DNA from: an uncultured Clostridia bacterium
Lineage (GTDB): Bacteria > Bacillota > Clostridia > TANB77 > CAG-508
Direction: 5' to 3'
NCBI GenBank assembly: GCA_904387305.1
Contig: CAJFLB010000003.1
Span: forward strand, 1,169 to 65,168
DNA: 64,000 nucleotides
In this document: piece after piece, positions 39,227 to 47,817 of the stretch
Position numbering within the stretch: position 1 is the stretch's first letter
How the letters are laid out: every line of letters begins with the position of its first letter
The notes under the pieces: generated by a model
What the model was told of the DNA's origin: nothing
The model's input: the letters and a program-made list of their open reading frames with translations, nothing else
Databases searched by the model: none
Translations under genes and position numbers: made by a program

Positions 39227-40468
39227 ATGCGTAAATTTTTATGTGTGGTTTTAGCTTTTATCATCATTTGTACGCATATAACTATGGTATATGCGGAAGA
39301 AAATACAACAAATAATACGGAAAGCAATGAAAATAATAGTAATATAACAGAGTTGCAAACACAACAAAAAGATTTACAAGACCAAATAGAGCAATCTCAT
39401 GAAGAACTAGAAGAAGTACAAAGTCAATTATCAGAAAATTTACAACAAATAGAAAAATTAGATGAAAGAATTAGAACATCAGAAAATGAAATCGAGGATT
39501 TAAATAATCAAGTAAAAACTTTACAAGATGAAATAGCAAGTATTCAATCACAATTAGATGTAGCAGAGAAAAATTATGAAAAGCAAAAAGAAATTATGGA
39601 AAAAAGATTAGTTGCTATTTATGAATCAAGTGATATAAAATATATTGATGTACTTTTAAAATCAAGTAATATTTCAGAATTTTTATCAAATTATTATTTG
39701 ATTACAGAAATTACATTAGTAGATAAAAATTTGCTAGATGATGTGGAAGCAGAAAAAAAAGGAATTGAAGAAGCAAAACAAAAATTAGTAACAAATCAAG
39801 AAGCTCTAACAGTAGCGTTAAAAAAGCAAACACAAACCTCAACTGTGTTGCAAAATACCAAAGCATTAAGAGAAAATTATATATCTAAGTTATCAGATGA
39901 AGAAAAAGCAAAGCAAGCGCAAATTGATGAAATTACCACACAATATGAAAATGTCAATAATCAAATATTAGAACTTGCAGTAAAAGGATTAGACTCAGTA
40001 TATATAGGGGGAGTGCTTGCTTGGCCAGTACCAAATTATACCACAATTACCTCAAATTATGGAATGAGAGTACATCCGATTACGGGACAATATAAGTTAC
40101 ATACAGGAGTAGATATTAGTGCACCAATTGGAGCAGAATTTGTAGCAGCAAATGATGGAATTGTAACAAAAGCAGAATATAATACGGCCTATGGAAACAT
40201 GGTAATGATAGACCATGGAGGAGGTATTTCTACACTATATGCACATGGCTCAGAAATTTTGGTACAGGTTGGACAAACTGTTAAAAAGGGTGAACCTATT
40301 TTGAAGGTAGGTTCAACAGGATATTCAACAGGGCCACATGCTCATTTTGAAGTTAGAATTAATGGAGTGGTAACAGATCCATTACCATATATTACAACTG
40401 GACTTATTCCAGGTTCAGAGAAAGAGGAAGATTCACAAGACGAAACAGATAAAACAGCACAATATTAA
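39227..40468 (+). CDS. Coiled-coil M23 (LytM) peptidase, paralogue 1
   Basis: Signal peptide, ~230 aa heptad-rich region, HTGVDISAP (HxxxD) and GPHAHFE (HxH). Confidence 0.88.
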   Translation: MRKFLCVVLAFIIICTHITMVYAEENTTNNTESNENNSNITELQTQQKDLQDQIEQSHEELEEVQSQLSENLQQIEKLDERIRTSENEIEDLNNQVKTLQDEIASIQSQLDVAEKNYEKQKEIMEKRLVAIYESSDIKYIDVLLKSSNISEFLSNYYLITEITLVDKNLLDDVEAEKKGIEEAKQKLVTNQEALTVALKKQTQTSTVLQNTKALRENYISKLSDEEKAKQAQIDEITTQYENVNNQILELAVKGLDSVYIGGVLAWPVPNYTTITSNYGMRVHPITGQYKLHTGVDISAPIGAEFVAANDGIVTKAEYNTAYGNMVMIDHGGGISTLYAHGSEILVQVGQTVKKGEPILKVGSTGYSTGPHAHFEVRINGVVTDPLPYITTGLIPGSEKEEDSQDETDKTAQY

Positions 40469-40552
40469 GAATTCAATTTGTTGTATATTAAAAAAATCTG
40501 ATTTTTTCTATATAACAAGGAACAAATGTGAGAAAAAAAGGAGAAAAACGTA

Positions 40553-41731
40553 ATGAAAAAAATAGCAATCAAAATTCTAGGAATGATGGTAATAGCAGTT
40601 GTTATATTACAATTTAATATTGTAATGGCTGCAACAAAATCAGAATTAAATGCAAGTAGTAAGGAAACAAACAAAAAAATAGAAGAAGCAAAAGAAGAAT
40701 TAGAAAATATTGATGCAGAAAAATCAGAGGCATTGCAACAAGTAGAAGAATTGATTATGCAAATTTCCTCTGCACAATCAGAAATTGATGAATTAAACAC
40801 AAAAATATCAGATATGAATTCACAAATAGAAGAGGCCCAAGCACAATTAAATAAAAAACAAGAAGAATATGATGATAAAGAAGCATTATTAGAGAAAAGA
40901 TTAGTTGCTGCTTATGAAGCAGGTGAAACTTCTTACTTAGATGTCTTATTTTCTTCAAAGAGTTTAACAGATTTAATTTCAAATTATTATATGTTATCTG
41001 AAATTACACAAAGTGATATGGAATTAATGGACAAGATTAAGAAAGAACAAGAAGAGATAGAAAAGGCAAAGCAAACTCTTGAAACAAGTAAGCAAGAATT
41101 AGATAATGCAAAAACAGAAAAACAACAAAAAGCAACAGAATTACAAAATGCAAAAAATCAAAAAGATACTTATGTGGCACAATTAAATGAACAAGAAAAA
41201 AATACACAAGCAGAATTAGAACAATTTGAACAAGACAAAAGAGCTATACAAGCAGAACTAGAAGAAATTGCAAGAAAAGAAGCAGCAAATTCTGGTGGCT
41301 CAAATGTTTCTAATACACCAAACAATCCAAGTGCCAGTGGATATATTAGACCAGTCGTAGGATATAGTATTACAACTGGTTGGATGGGATATGCAGGCCA
41401 TACAGGTGTTGATTTTAGTGGAGCAGGCATTTCTGGAAAGCCAGTATTAGCAGTAAAAGCAGGAACAGTTGTCACTTCAACAGCATTAAAATATCCAAAT
41501 GGAAATTATAAAAGTTATGGAGAATATATTGTTATTAATCATCATGATGGAACAATGACATTATATGCACATGGTGCACCAGGTTCAAGATTAGTTAGTC
41601 CAGGACAATCTGTTAGTCAAGGCCAACAAATCATGAGTGTCGGAACAACAGGAAATTCAACAGGATATCATTTACATTTTGAAGTAAGAGTAAATGGTAG
41701 ACCAGTGAATCCAACACCATATTTACCATAA
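40553..41731 (+). CDS. Coiled-coil M23 (LytM) peptidase, paralogue 2
   Basis: Signal peptide, coiled coil, HTGVDFSG and GYHLHFE. Confidence 0.88.
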   Translation: MKKIAIKILGMMVIAVVILQFNIVMAATKSELNASSKETNKKIEEAKEELENIDAEKSEALQQVEELIMQISSAQSEIDELNTKISDMNSQIEEAQAQLNKKQEEYDDKEALLEKRLVAAYEAGETSYLDVLFSSKSLTDLISNYYMLSEITQSDMELMDKIKKEQEEIEKAKQTLETSKQELDNAKTEKQQKATELQNAKNQKDTYVAQLNEQEKNTQAELEQFEQDKRAIQAELEEIARKEAANSGGSNVSNTPNNPSASGYIRPVVGYSITTGWMGYAGHTGVDFSGAGISGKPVLAVKAGTVVTSTALKYPNGNYKSYGEYIVINHHDGTMTLYAHGAPGSRLVSPGQSVSQGQQIMSVGTTGNSTGYHLHFEVRVNGRPVNPTPYLP

Positions 41732-41872
41732 TAAAAACCAATAAGAACATTTTAACGCACAAAAGGGAAACGTGTACAATAAAAAATTATACATAAATTT
41801 ACAAAAACGACTTCATAGTATTTCACGAATATAAAAATTTGACCTTATTGTAAAAGGAAAAAGGAGGAACTT

Positions 41873-43120
41873 ATGAAAAAAATATTTGGTAAAATACTAG
41901 GGGGATTAATCATTACTATATTCGTACTACAGTTTAATGTAATGGTATATGCTGATGAAATTACTGATTTACAAAACCAGCAAGCATCTAATGAGGAAAA
42001 ATTAAAAGATGCAGAAAATCAGAAAGAACAAGTGACTCAAGAAAAAAGTGAGGCTTTAAAGCAAGTTGAAGCAATCGAGAATGAAATTGCAGATTATGAA
42101 AATCAAATTAATGAATTAGATACCAAGATAACAGATTTGAATAATCAAATCACAGAAGCTGAAAATCAAATTAATCAAAAACAAAAAGATTATGATAGCC
42201 AACAAGAATTGCTAGAAAAAAGATTAGTAGCCACATATGAGGCAGGAGAAACTTCATTCTTAGATGTGTTACTTTCTTCAAAAAGTTTAACAGATTTAAT
42301 TTCAAACTATTATATGATTTCTGAAATTGCAGAAGCAGACATGAACTTGATGGAAAGTATTGAAAATGAGAAACAAGAAATAGAAGACGCAAAGACAACA
42401 CTAGAGCAAAGTAAGCAAGAGTTAGATACATCAAAAGCAGAAAAAGAAAGTAAGTCTGTTCAATTACAAAGCGCAAAAGCAGAAAAAAATACATATGTAG
42501 CACAATTATCTTCAGAAGAGCAAGAAATACAAGAACAAATTGATGAAATAACAGAAGCTAACAAGGCTCTTGATGAAGAAATTAAACAAAAACAAGCAGA
42601 AATTGAAAGATTATTAGCACAGCAAAGACCATCTTCTGGAGGAGGTTCTTCAGGAAGTAGTTCAAGTGGAAGTGGATCAAATGGAGGTTCTTCAACAGGT
42701 GGAGGAGCTGTGAGTAGTTCTGGATTTATCTATCCAGTTCCAAGTGGATATTCAAGAATTACGACTGGAATGTATTATTCAAGTGGACAATATCATGGAG
42801 CTGTAGACTTTGGTTCAGCTGGAATTAATGGACAACCAGTATATGCAGTAGCTGATGGTGTGGTACATACAGCAAAAGCATTAAATTATAGTTATGGAAA
42901 TTATGTTATTATTGCACACTATAATGGATTATATACATTATATGCACATGGACAATCTGGCTCTATAAGGGTATCAGAAGGGCAATATGTGTCACAAGGA
43001 CAACAAATTATGAATGTAGGAAGTACAGGAAATTCTTCAGGTCCACATTTACATTTTGAAGTAAGAACCAGTCCAGGATTATATGATAATAGAGTAAATC
43101 CAAGAGATTATTTACCATAA
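41873..43120 (+). CDS. Coiled-coil M23 (LytM) peptidase, paralogue 3 (with Gly/Ser linker)
   Basis: Signal peptide, coiled coil, SSGGGSSGSSSSGSGSNGGSSTGGG linker, HGAVDFGS and GPHLHFE. Confidence 0.88.
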   Translation: MKKIFGKILGGLIITIFVLQFNVMVYADEITDLQNQQASNEEKLKDAENQKEQVTQEKSEALKQVEAIENEIADYENQINELDTKITDLNNQITEAENQINQKQKDYDSQQELLEKRLVATYEAGETSFLDVLLSSKSLTDLISNYYMISEIAEADMNLMESIENEKQEIEDAKTTLEQSKQELDTSKAEKESKSVQLQSAKAEKNTYVAQLSSEEQEIQEQIDEITEANKALDEEIKQKQAEIERLLAQQRPSSGGGSSGSSSSGSGSNGGSSTGGGAVSSSGFIYPVPSGYSRITTGMYYSSGQYHGAVDFGSAGINGQPVYAVADGVVHTAKALNYSYGNYVIIAHYNGLYTLYAHGQSGSIRVSEGQYVSQGQQIMNVGSTGNSSGPHLHFEVRTSPGLYDNRVNPRDYLP

Positions 43121-43180
43121 TAAAAGTTTTTTGAATGTATAAGATAAAGGGTAAAATAATAGCTAAAAAAGGGATTAAGG

Positions 43181-43203
43181 AAGGGATTCTATCCCTTTTT
43201 TGT
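43181..43203 (+). terminator. Terminator after the third M23 gene
   Basis: aagggat-tct-atccctt followed by tttttt. Confidence 0.55.
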
Positions 43204-43310
43204 TGAATAGGAAACTCGATTTTCTTTTGAAAATAAACTATTAAGAAATTTATTTTCACTTTGTATTGTGAAATCCAAAAGTTTCATATTGTTTCCTATT
43301 CAACAAAAAA
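43196..43310. repeat. 20-bp inverted repeat pair flanking a 75-bp AT-rich spacer
   Basis: ttttttgttgaataggaaac (43196-43215) versus gtttcctattcaacaaaaaa (43291-43310). Confidence 0.7.
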
Positions 43311-43315
43311 ACAAA

Positions 43316-43369
43316 GTTGCACAGAAAAATTGCTATGCAATTTTTCACGTCCACAAATCTTTATGCTTC
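43316..43369 (+). repeat. Conserved ~55-nt intergenic motif, copy 2
   Basis: gttgcacagaaaaattgc-tat-gcaatttttcacgtccacaaatcttta; see copy 1 at 17748-17800. Confidence 0.7.
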
Positions 43370-43519
43370 TTCGAGAACTTAAATATATATAGTTAAATTA
43401 GAAAAGTAGATAAAAGTTCTTGCAAAGCGAAAAGCACATTTTTTAGTTGGAATTTAAATTGGATTGTGAAATATAATAGATTAATAGAGAGCAATATTTT
43501 CATGAAAGGAAGGAAATCA

Positions 43520-44740
43520 ATGGAAGAAAAGAAGAAATATAAAATATATAAGATGATTATGCTTATTATTTTAGTAGCATTTATAACTTTTATATTAACA
43601 TCAATAGGTTTTTATCAATATTTTGTAAAAGGAGATAGTTTAAATAAATATTTAACATTAATGACATCTGACGAAAGCCAGGATATTTCACAAACATTAG
43701 ATACATATCGAGCAGTCATTGATAAATATTACTTGGGAGATGTAGATGAACAAAGCTTGAAAGAAGGAGCTATACAAGGTTATATAGAAGGATTAGGTGA
43801 CCCATATACAGAATATATTTCTAAAGAAGATATGGAAGATTACATGGAAGATACAATGGGAAATTTTGTAGGAATTGGTATCTATATGATAGAAGATACA
43901 GAAACCAATCAAATTATGGTATTATCTCCAATAAAAGGTAGCCCAGCAGAAAAAGCAGGAATTCAACCAGGGGACTATATCATCTCTGTTAATGGAGAAC
44001 CATGTACAGCAGATGATATGACAGTGATTTCAACTAAAATTAAAGGAGAAGAAGGATCAACTGTCAAATTACAAATTTTAAGAGGAGAAGAAACATTAGA
44101 CTTTGAAATTACAAGAGAAAATATCATTGTTAATCCAGTAGAAGGAGAAGTACTAGAAAATAATATAGGATATATCAAATTTTCATCATTTGATGAAAAC
44201 ACTGCAGAAGAATTTAAAACAAGATTTGAAGAATTACAGTCACAAGGAATAACTTCTTTAATTATTGATTTGAGAAATAATGGAGGAGGAATTGTGGATG
44301 AAGCTTTACAAATAGCAGGATATATTGCAGATAAAGATTCTGTCCTATTATATGAAGTAGATAAGGATAATAAAGAAACTGTAGAGAAAAATGAGAGTGA
44401 CCCAATTATCAATATGCCAGTAATTATTTTAACAAATGAAAATACAGCAAGTTCATCTGAAATATTGGCAGGAGCATTAAAAGACTTGGGAAAGGCTAGA
44501 ATAGTAGGAACAACAACATATGGAAAAGGTGTTATTCAACAAATATTAACACTTCCAGATGGTAGTGGATTAAAAATAACAACAGAAAAATATTTAACAC
44601 CAAATAGGACTGAAATCAATGAAGTAGGTATTCAGCCAGACGAAACTGTAGAATTACCTGAAAGTGTAGAAAGCATATTAAATGTTGATAGAAGTGAAGA
44701 TACGCAATTACAAAAAGCAATTGAAATGTTGACAGAATAG
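43520..44740 (+). CDS. Carboxy-terminal processing peptidase (S41, Ctp)
   Basis: N-terminal TM, PDZ (GSPAEKAGIQPGDYIISVNG), catalytic region NENTASSSEILAGALKD and TYGKG; ATG 43520 after aaaggaagg. Confidence 0.88.
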   Translation: MEEKKKYKIYKMIMLIILVAFITFILTSIGFYQYFVKGDSLNKYLTLMTSDESQDISQTLDTYRAVIDKYYLGDVDEQSLKEGAIQGYIEGLGDPYTEYISKEDMEDYMEDTMGNFVGIGIYMIEDTETNQIMVLSPIKGSPAEKAGIQPGDYIISVNGEPCTADDMTVISTKIKGEEGSTVKLQILRGEETLDFEITRENIIVNPVEGEVLENNIGYIKFSSFDENTAEEFKTRFEELQSQGITSLIIDLRNNGGGIVDEALQIAGYIADKDSVLLYEVDKDNKETVEKNESDPIINMPVIILTNENTASSSEILAGALKDLGKARIVGTTTYGKGVIQQILTLPDGSGLKITTEKYLTPNRTEINEVGIQPDETVELPESVESILNVDRSEDTQLQKAIEMLTE

Positions 44741-44851
44741 AATTTTAAATATATAAATATAATATAAGAAAATAATGAATAAAAGGGAATGTTAGAAAAT
44801 TCAAATTTTTTAACGCAAAACCAAACCTTTGTGAAGGGAATGAGTCGAAAA

Positions 44852-45445
44852 ATGAATTTACCAAATAAATTAACTATATTTAGAGTCATTTTAGTACCAA
44901 TTATGGTTATCATACCATTTTTTGGAATAGAAGGAAATTTATGGGGAATACCAATTACATATTTAATTATCGATTTCATATTTATATTAGCCTCATTAAC
45001 AGATAAATTAGATGGATATTTAGCAAGAAGTAAAAATCAAGTAACTGCATTTGGAAAGTTTTTAGATCCTTTAGCTGATAAGATATTGGTGTTAGCAGCA
45101 ATGTTAATGTTAGTAGAAATGAATAAATTACCAGCTTGGATTCCAATCATTGTATTGGCAAGAGAATTTTTAGTATCTGGATATAGACTAATTGCGGTAG
45201 AAAAAGGTGGAGAAGTGATTGCGGCTTCAAAATGGGGAAAACTAAAAACTGTTACCCAAATGATAGCAATTATCTTAGCGTTTTTAGATTTGCATGCATT
45301 TGGAACATGTTTTGCAGGAAATCTACAAGGTGCTGACTTTGTATTAAATCTAGCTGTAACGATTATGATGATTATACAAACTATTGCAACCATTTTTTCT
45401 GGAATAGACTACATGAGAGGTATTAAAAAATATATCAAAGATTAA
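44852..45445 (+). CDS. pgsA: CDP-diacylglycerol--glycerol-3-phosphate 3-phosphatidyltransferase
   Basis: MNLPNKLTIFR, DKLDGYLAR..G.FLDPLADK CDP-alcohol phosphatidyltransferase motif. Confidence 0.9.
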   Translation: MNLPNKLTIFRVILVPIMVIIPFFGIEGNLWGIPITYLIIDFIFILASLTDKLDGYLARSKNQVTAFGKFLDPLADKILVLAAMLMLVEMNKLPAWIPIIVLAREFLVSGYRLIAVEKGGEVIAASKWGKLKTVTQMIAIILAFLDLHAFGTCFAGNLQGADFVLNLAVTIMMIIQTIATIFSGIDYMRGIKKYIKD

Positions 45446-45544
45446 AATTGTTAGATGTAAAATTTATTTACAGATAAATACACTGCATATAAAATCATTT
45501 GAATAATAAAATATAATATGTGGAAAGAAAAAATGAAATTTGTA

Positions 45545-45647
45545 TTGACAAATTTCATTTTCTGCCGTAAGATAAGAAAAGTGAGTGTAACCGAAATCAA
45601 AGATTTCGACACTCAGATGTGTAAAAATCACTTCGTGATTTTTGCAC
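45545..45647 (+). promoter_or_regulatory. greA promoter plus structured 5' leader (two hairpins)
   Basis: ttgaca - 17 nt - taagat. Then hairpins gagtgt..cgaaatc-aaa-gatttcg-acactc (45583-45614) and gtgtaaaaatcac-ttc-gtgatttttgcac (45619-47), neither followed by a T tract. Confidence 0.45.
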
Positions 45648-45772
45648 GAATATAGGAAACTTAACCTTTTTGCATACGGAAAAAATAAAAGCTGATTTTC
45701 CTATGCAATAAGAAAAGTATGCAAATACAATAAGAAAGTACAGTATAGTACACAATTCAAGGAGGAATTACT

Positions 45773-46249
45773 ATGGAAGAAAAGGAAGTTATATTAACAC
45801 AAGAAGGGTATAATAATTTAGAAAAGGAATTAAATTTTTTAAAAACTGAAAAAAGAGCAGATATAGCTGATAGAATAAAGGTAGCATTAGGCTTTGGCGA
45901 CTTATCTGAGAATTCAGAATATGATGAGGCAAAAAATGCACAAGCAGAAAATGAAGTAAAAATAGCTGAATTAGAAAATAAATTAAGACATGCAAAAATT
46001 ATAGATGAAAAAGATATAGATACAGAAACAGTTCAAATTGGTAATAAAGTGAAAGTATTAGATGTTGAATTTGATGAAAAAATTGAATATACAATTGTTG
46101 GTTCCACAGAAGTAAACTTGGCTGAAAATAAAATATCAAATGAATCACCTTTAGGAGAAGCACTATTAGGTGCTAAGAAAAATCAAACAGTTGAAGTAAA
46201 TGCACCAGCAGGAGTTATGAAATATAAAATATTATCAATAAAAAAATAA
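45773..46249 (+). CDS. greA: Transcription elongation factor GreA
   Basis: LTQEGYNNLEKEL..GDLSENSEYDEAK, C-terminal ISNESPLGEALLG. Confidence 0.93.
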   Translation: MEEKEVILTQEGYNNLEKELNFLKTEKRADIADRIKVALGFGDLSENSEYDEAKNAQAENEVKIAELENKLRHAKIIDEKDIDTETVQIGNKVKVLDVEFDEKIEYTIVGSTEVNLAENKISNESPLGEALLGAKKNQTVEVNAPAGVMKYKILSIKK

Positions 46250-46256
46250 ATGAAAA

Positions 46257-46431
46257 GGGAAATTGGGGACGGACTCGTTTTTCCCTTTTTTAGTTAAGTT
46301 ATCTAAAAAATATAGAATATAAAGTCATTACACGATTTAGTATAAGCTAAATTGTTTCATTTTTTTATATTCTATATTTTTTTGTATATAATTTTCTAGA
46401 AAGGGAAAAATGAGTCCGTCCCTAATTTCCC
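46257..46431. repeat. Nested-hairpin inverted repeat (31-bp arms, 113-bp spacer with its own inner inverted repeat) after greA
   Basis: gggaaattggggacggactcgtttttccctt versus the reverse complement of 46401-46431 (two mismatches). Each arm has stem gggaaa/tttccc. Inner repeat aaaaaatatagaatataaa / tttatattctatatttttt. Confidence 0.85.
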
Positions 46432-46434
46432 TTA

Positions 46435-46455
46435 AAATGTCCCCAATTGGACATT
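46435..46455. repeat. Solo palindrome aatgtcc-ccaatt-ggacatt abutting the deoD stop
   Basis: Same tgtcc..ccaattgg words as the 20915-21060 arms. Confidence 0.7.
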
Positions 46456-47185
46456 AACATTTCAAACTAGCATCTAAGGCAAGTTTTATCATATTATCTA
46501 AGCCTTGTTCTCTTTGTTCAGAAGTAGCAGCTTGTGTTTTAAATCTTGAATCAACAACTGTCATTAAACAGGTTGCTTTTTTATTTAGCATTTTGGCATT
46601 ATAACATAAAGCAAAAGCTTCCATTTCAGCGCTTAAAGGATAAAAGTTTTGTTTATGAATTCTATCCATAAATTTATCAAAATCTTCTTGTGTCATATAT
46701 GGGTCAAAACTATCATTACATATTGTATCACCTTCAATAAGTTTTATATGATTTTCAGTAGCTGTTTCTTTTATGATTTCATTTAATTCTTTACTAGTAT
46801 CTATCAAATGACAATCGTCATTATTAAAACCTAAAGCATAAGTACTTTCTGTAAAAACAGATTTTGATAAAACAATATCAAATAAATTTAGCTCAGGAAC
46901 ATAAGCTCCACAAGAACCAATTCTAATAATATTTTCAACATCATAAAATTTAAACAATTCAAAAGAATAAATTCCCATACTAGGCATTCCCATTCCAGAA
47001 GCCATAACGGTTATTTCTTTTCCTTTGTATTCTCCAGTATAGGCATAAATATTTCTTACTTGATTAACCAATTTAGGATTTTCTAAAAATTTTTCAGCAA
47101 TATGTTTTGCTCTAAGTGGGTCTCCTGGCATGATAACTGTTTTGGCAATATCGCCTAAATTTGCTTCATTATGTGGTGTAGACAT
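46454..47185 (-). CDS. deoD: Purine nucleoside phosphorylase, DeoD type
   Basis: MSTPHNEANLGDIAKTVIMPGDPLRAKHIAE..GMGMPS..RIGSCG, collinear with E. coli DeoD as recalled; ATG 47185 after aaggagg. Confidence 0.92.
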   Translation of the reverse strand: MSTPHNEANLGDIAKTVIMPGDPLRAKHIAEKFLENPKLVNQVRNIYAYTGEYKGKEITVMASGMGMPSMGIYSFELFKFYDVENIIRIGSCGAYVPELNLFDIVLSKSVFTESTYALGFNNDDCHLIDTSKELNEIIKETATENHIKLIEGDTICNDSFDPYMTQEDFDKFMDRIHKQNFYPLSAEMEAFALCYNAKMLNKKATCLMTVVDSRFKTQAATSEQREQGLDNMIKLALDASLKC

Positions 47186-47283
47186 ATTCAATTTCCTCCT
47201 TAAAATATAAAATAAATATATGGTAATCGTATCATTGAAAATACAAATTTAGTATATCAATAAAAGGAAGAAAAGGCAATAGT

Positions 47284-47340
47284 AAAACTCCCCCAGAGGA
47301 AAGCAAGACATATCGCCTCATGTCCTTCTGGGAGAGTTTT
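47284..47340 (-). terminator. Terminator of the small membrane protein gene
   Basis: Imperfect long stem aaaactcccccagagga / tccttctgggagagtttt with a T run on the minus strand. Confidence 0.55.
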
Positions 47341-47574
47341 TTAGTCATTGGTTTTGTCGTCGGGATTTTCATCCTTGAAGATAGATGGAATATCCTTCAA
47401 CTTTAGTATTGCTGGTAGCCAGCATAAAATTCCTAACACTAGCAGGGTAATCATACCAGTGTCATCATGTTGTAGTGTGAAATCTATGATGTCTGCAGCA
47501 ATAACCCAAGCCAAAGCAAATAAGCCAACTTTTACTAAATTTCTCATGTGGTTTCTTGAGGGCGCATCGCTCAC
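47341..47574 (-). CDS. Small two-TM membrane protein (77 aa), unknown function
   Basis: GTG 47574, 6 nt after aaaggagagagag; two hydrophobic helices; visibly higher GC than neighbours. An overlapping plus-strand ORF (47348-47599) has no RBS. Confidence 0.5.
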   Translation of the reverse strand: MSDAPSRNHMRNLVKVGLFALAWVIAADIIDFTLQHDDTGMITLLVLGILCWLPAILKLKDIPSIFKDENPDDKTND

Positions 47575-47722
47575 CTCTCTCTCCTTTCTACTTTTATAGT
47601 TTATAACTATACCTTTATTATAGTATATTTACATAAAATTTTCAAATTAGAGAGAGCTATATTCTTAACAGTATGGATGGAAGTTAATTGAATATTATAA
47701 ATAATGATAAAAAAAATTAGAA

Positions 47723-47751
47723 TTGACTTTTAGAGATAAACATAATATAAT
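47723..47751 (+). promoter_or_regulatory. Sigma-A-type promoter of argS
   Basis: ttgact - 17 nt - tataat. Confidence 0.6.
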
Positions 47752-47817
47752 CTTGTAAGAAAAAAGAACTTTAAAGACTGTCTCTAAAGTATAAAGTTCA
47801 AAGAAGGGAAGAGAAAT

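Noticed and set aside
47600-47817. T-box leader upstream of argS
   Set aside because: The leader after the promoter is only about 65 nt and lacks a specifier stem, the AGAGA/GNUGCGA elements and the T-box sequence.
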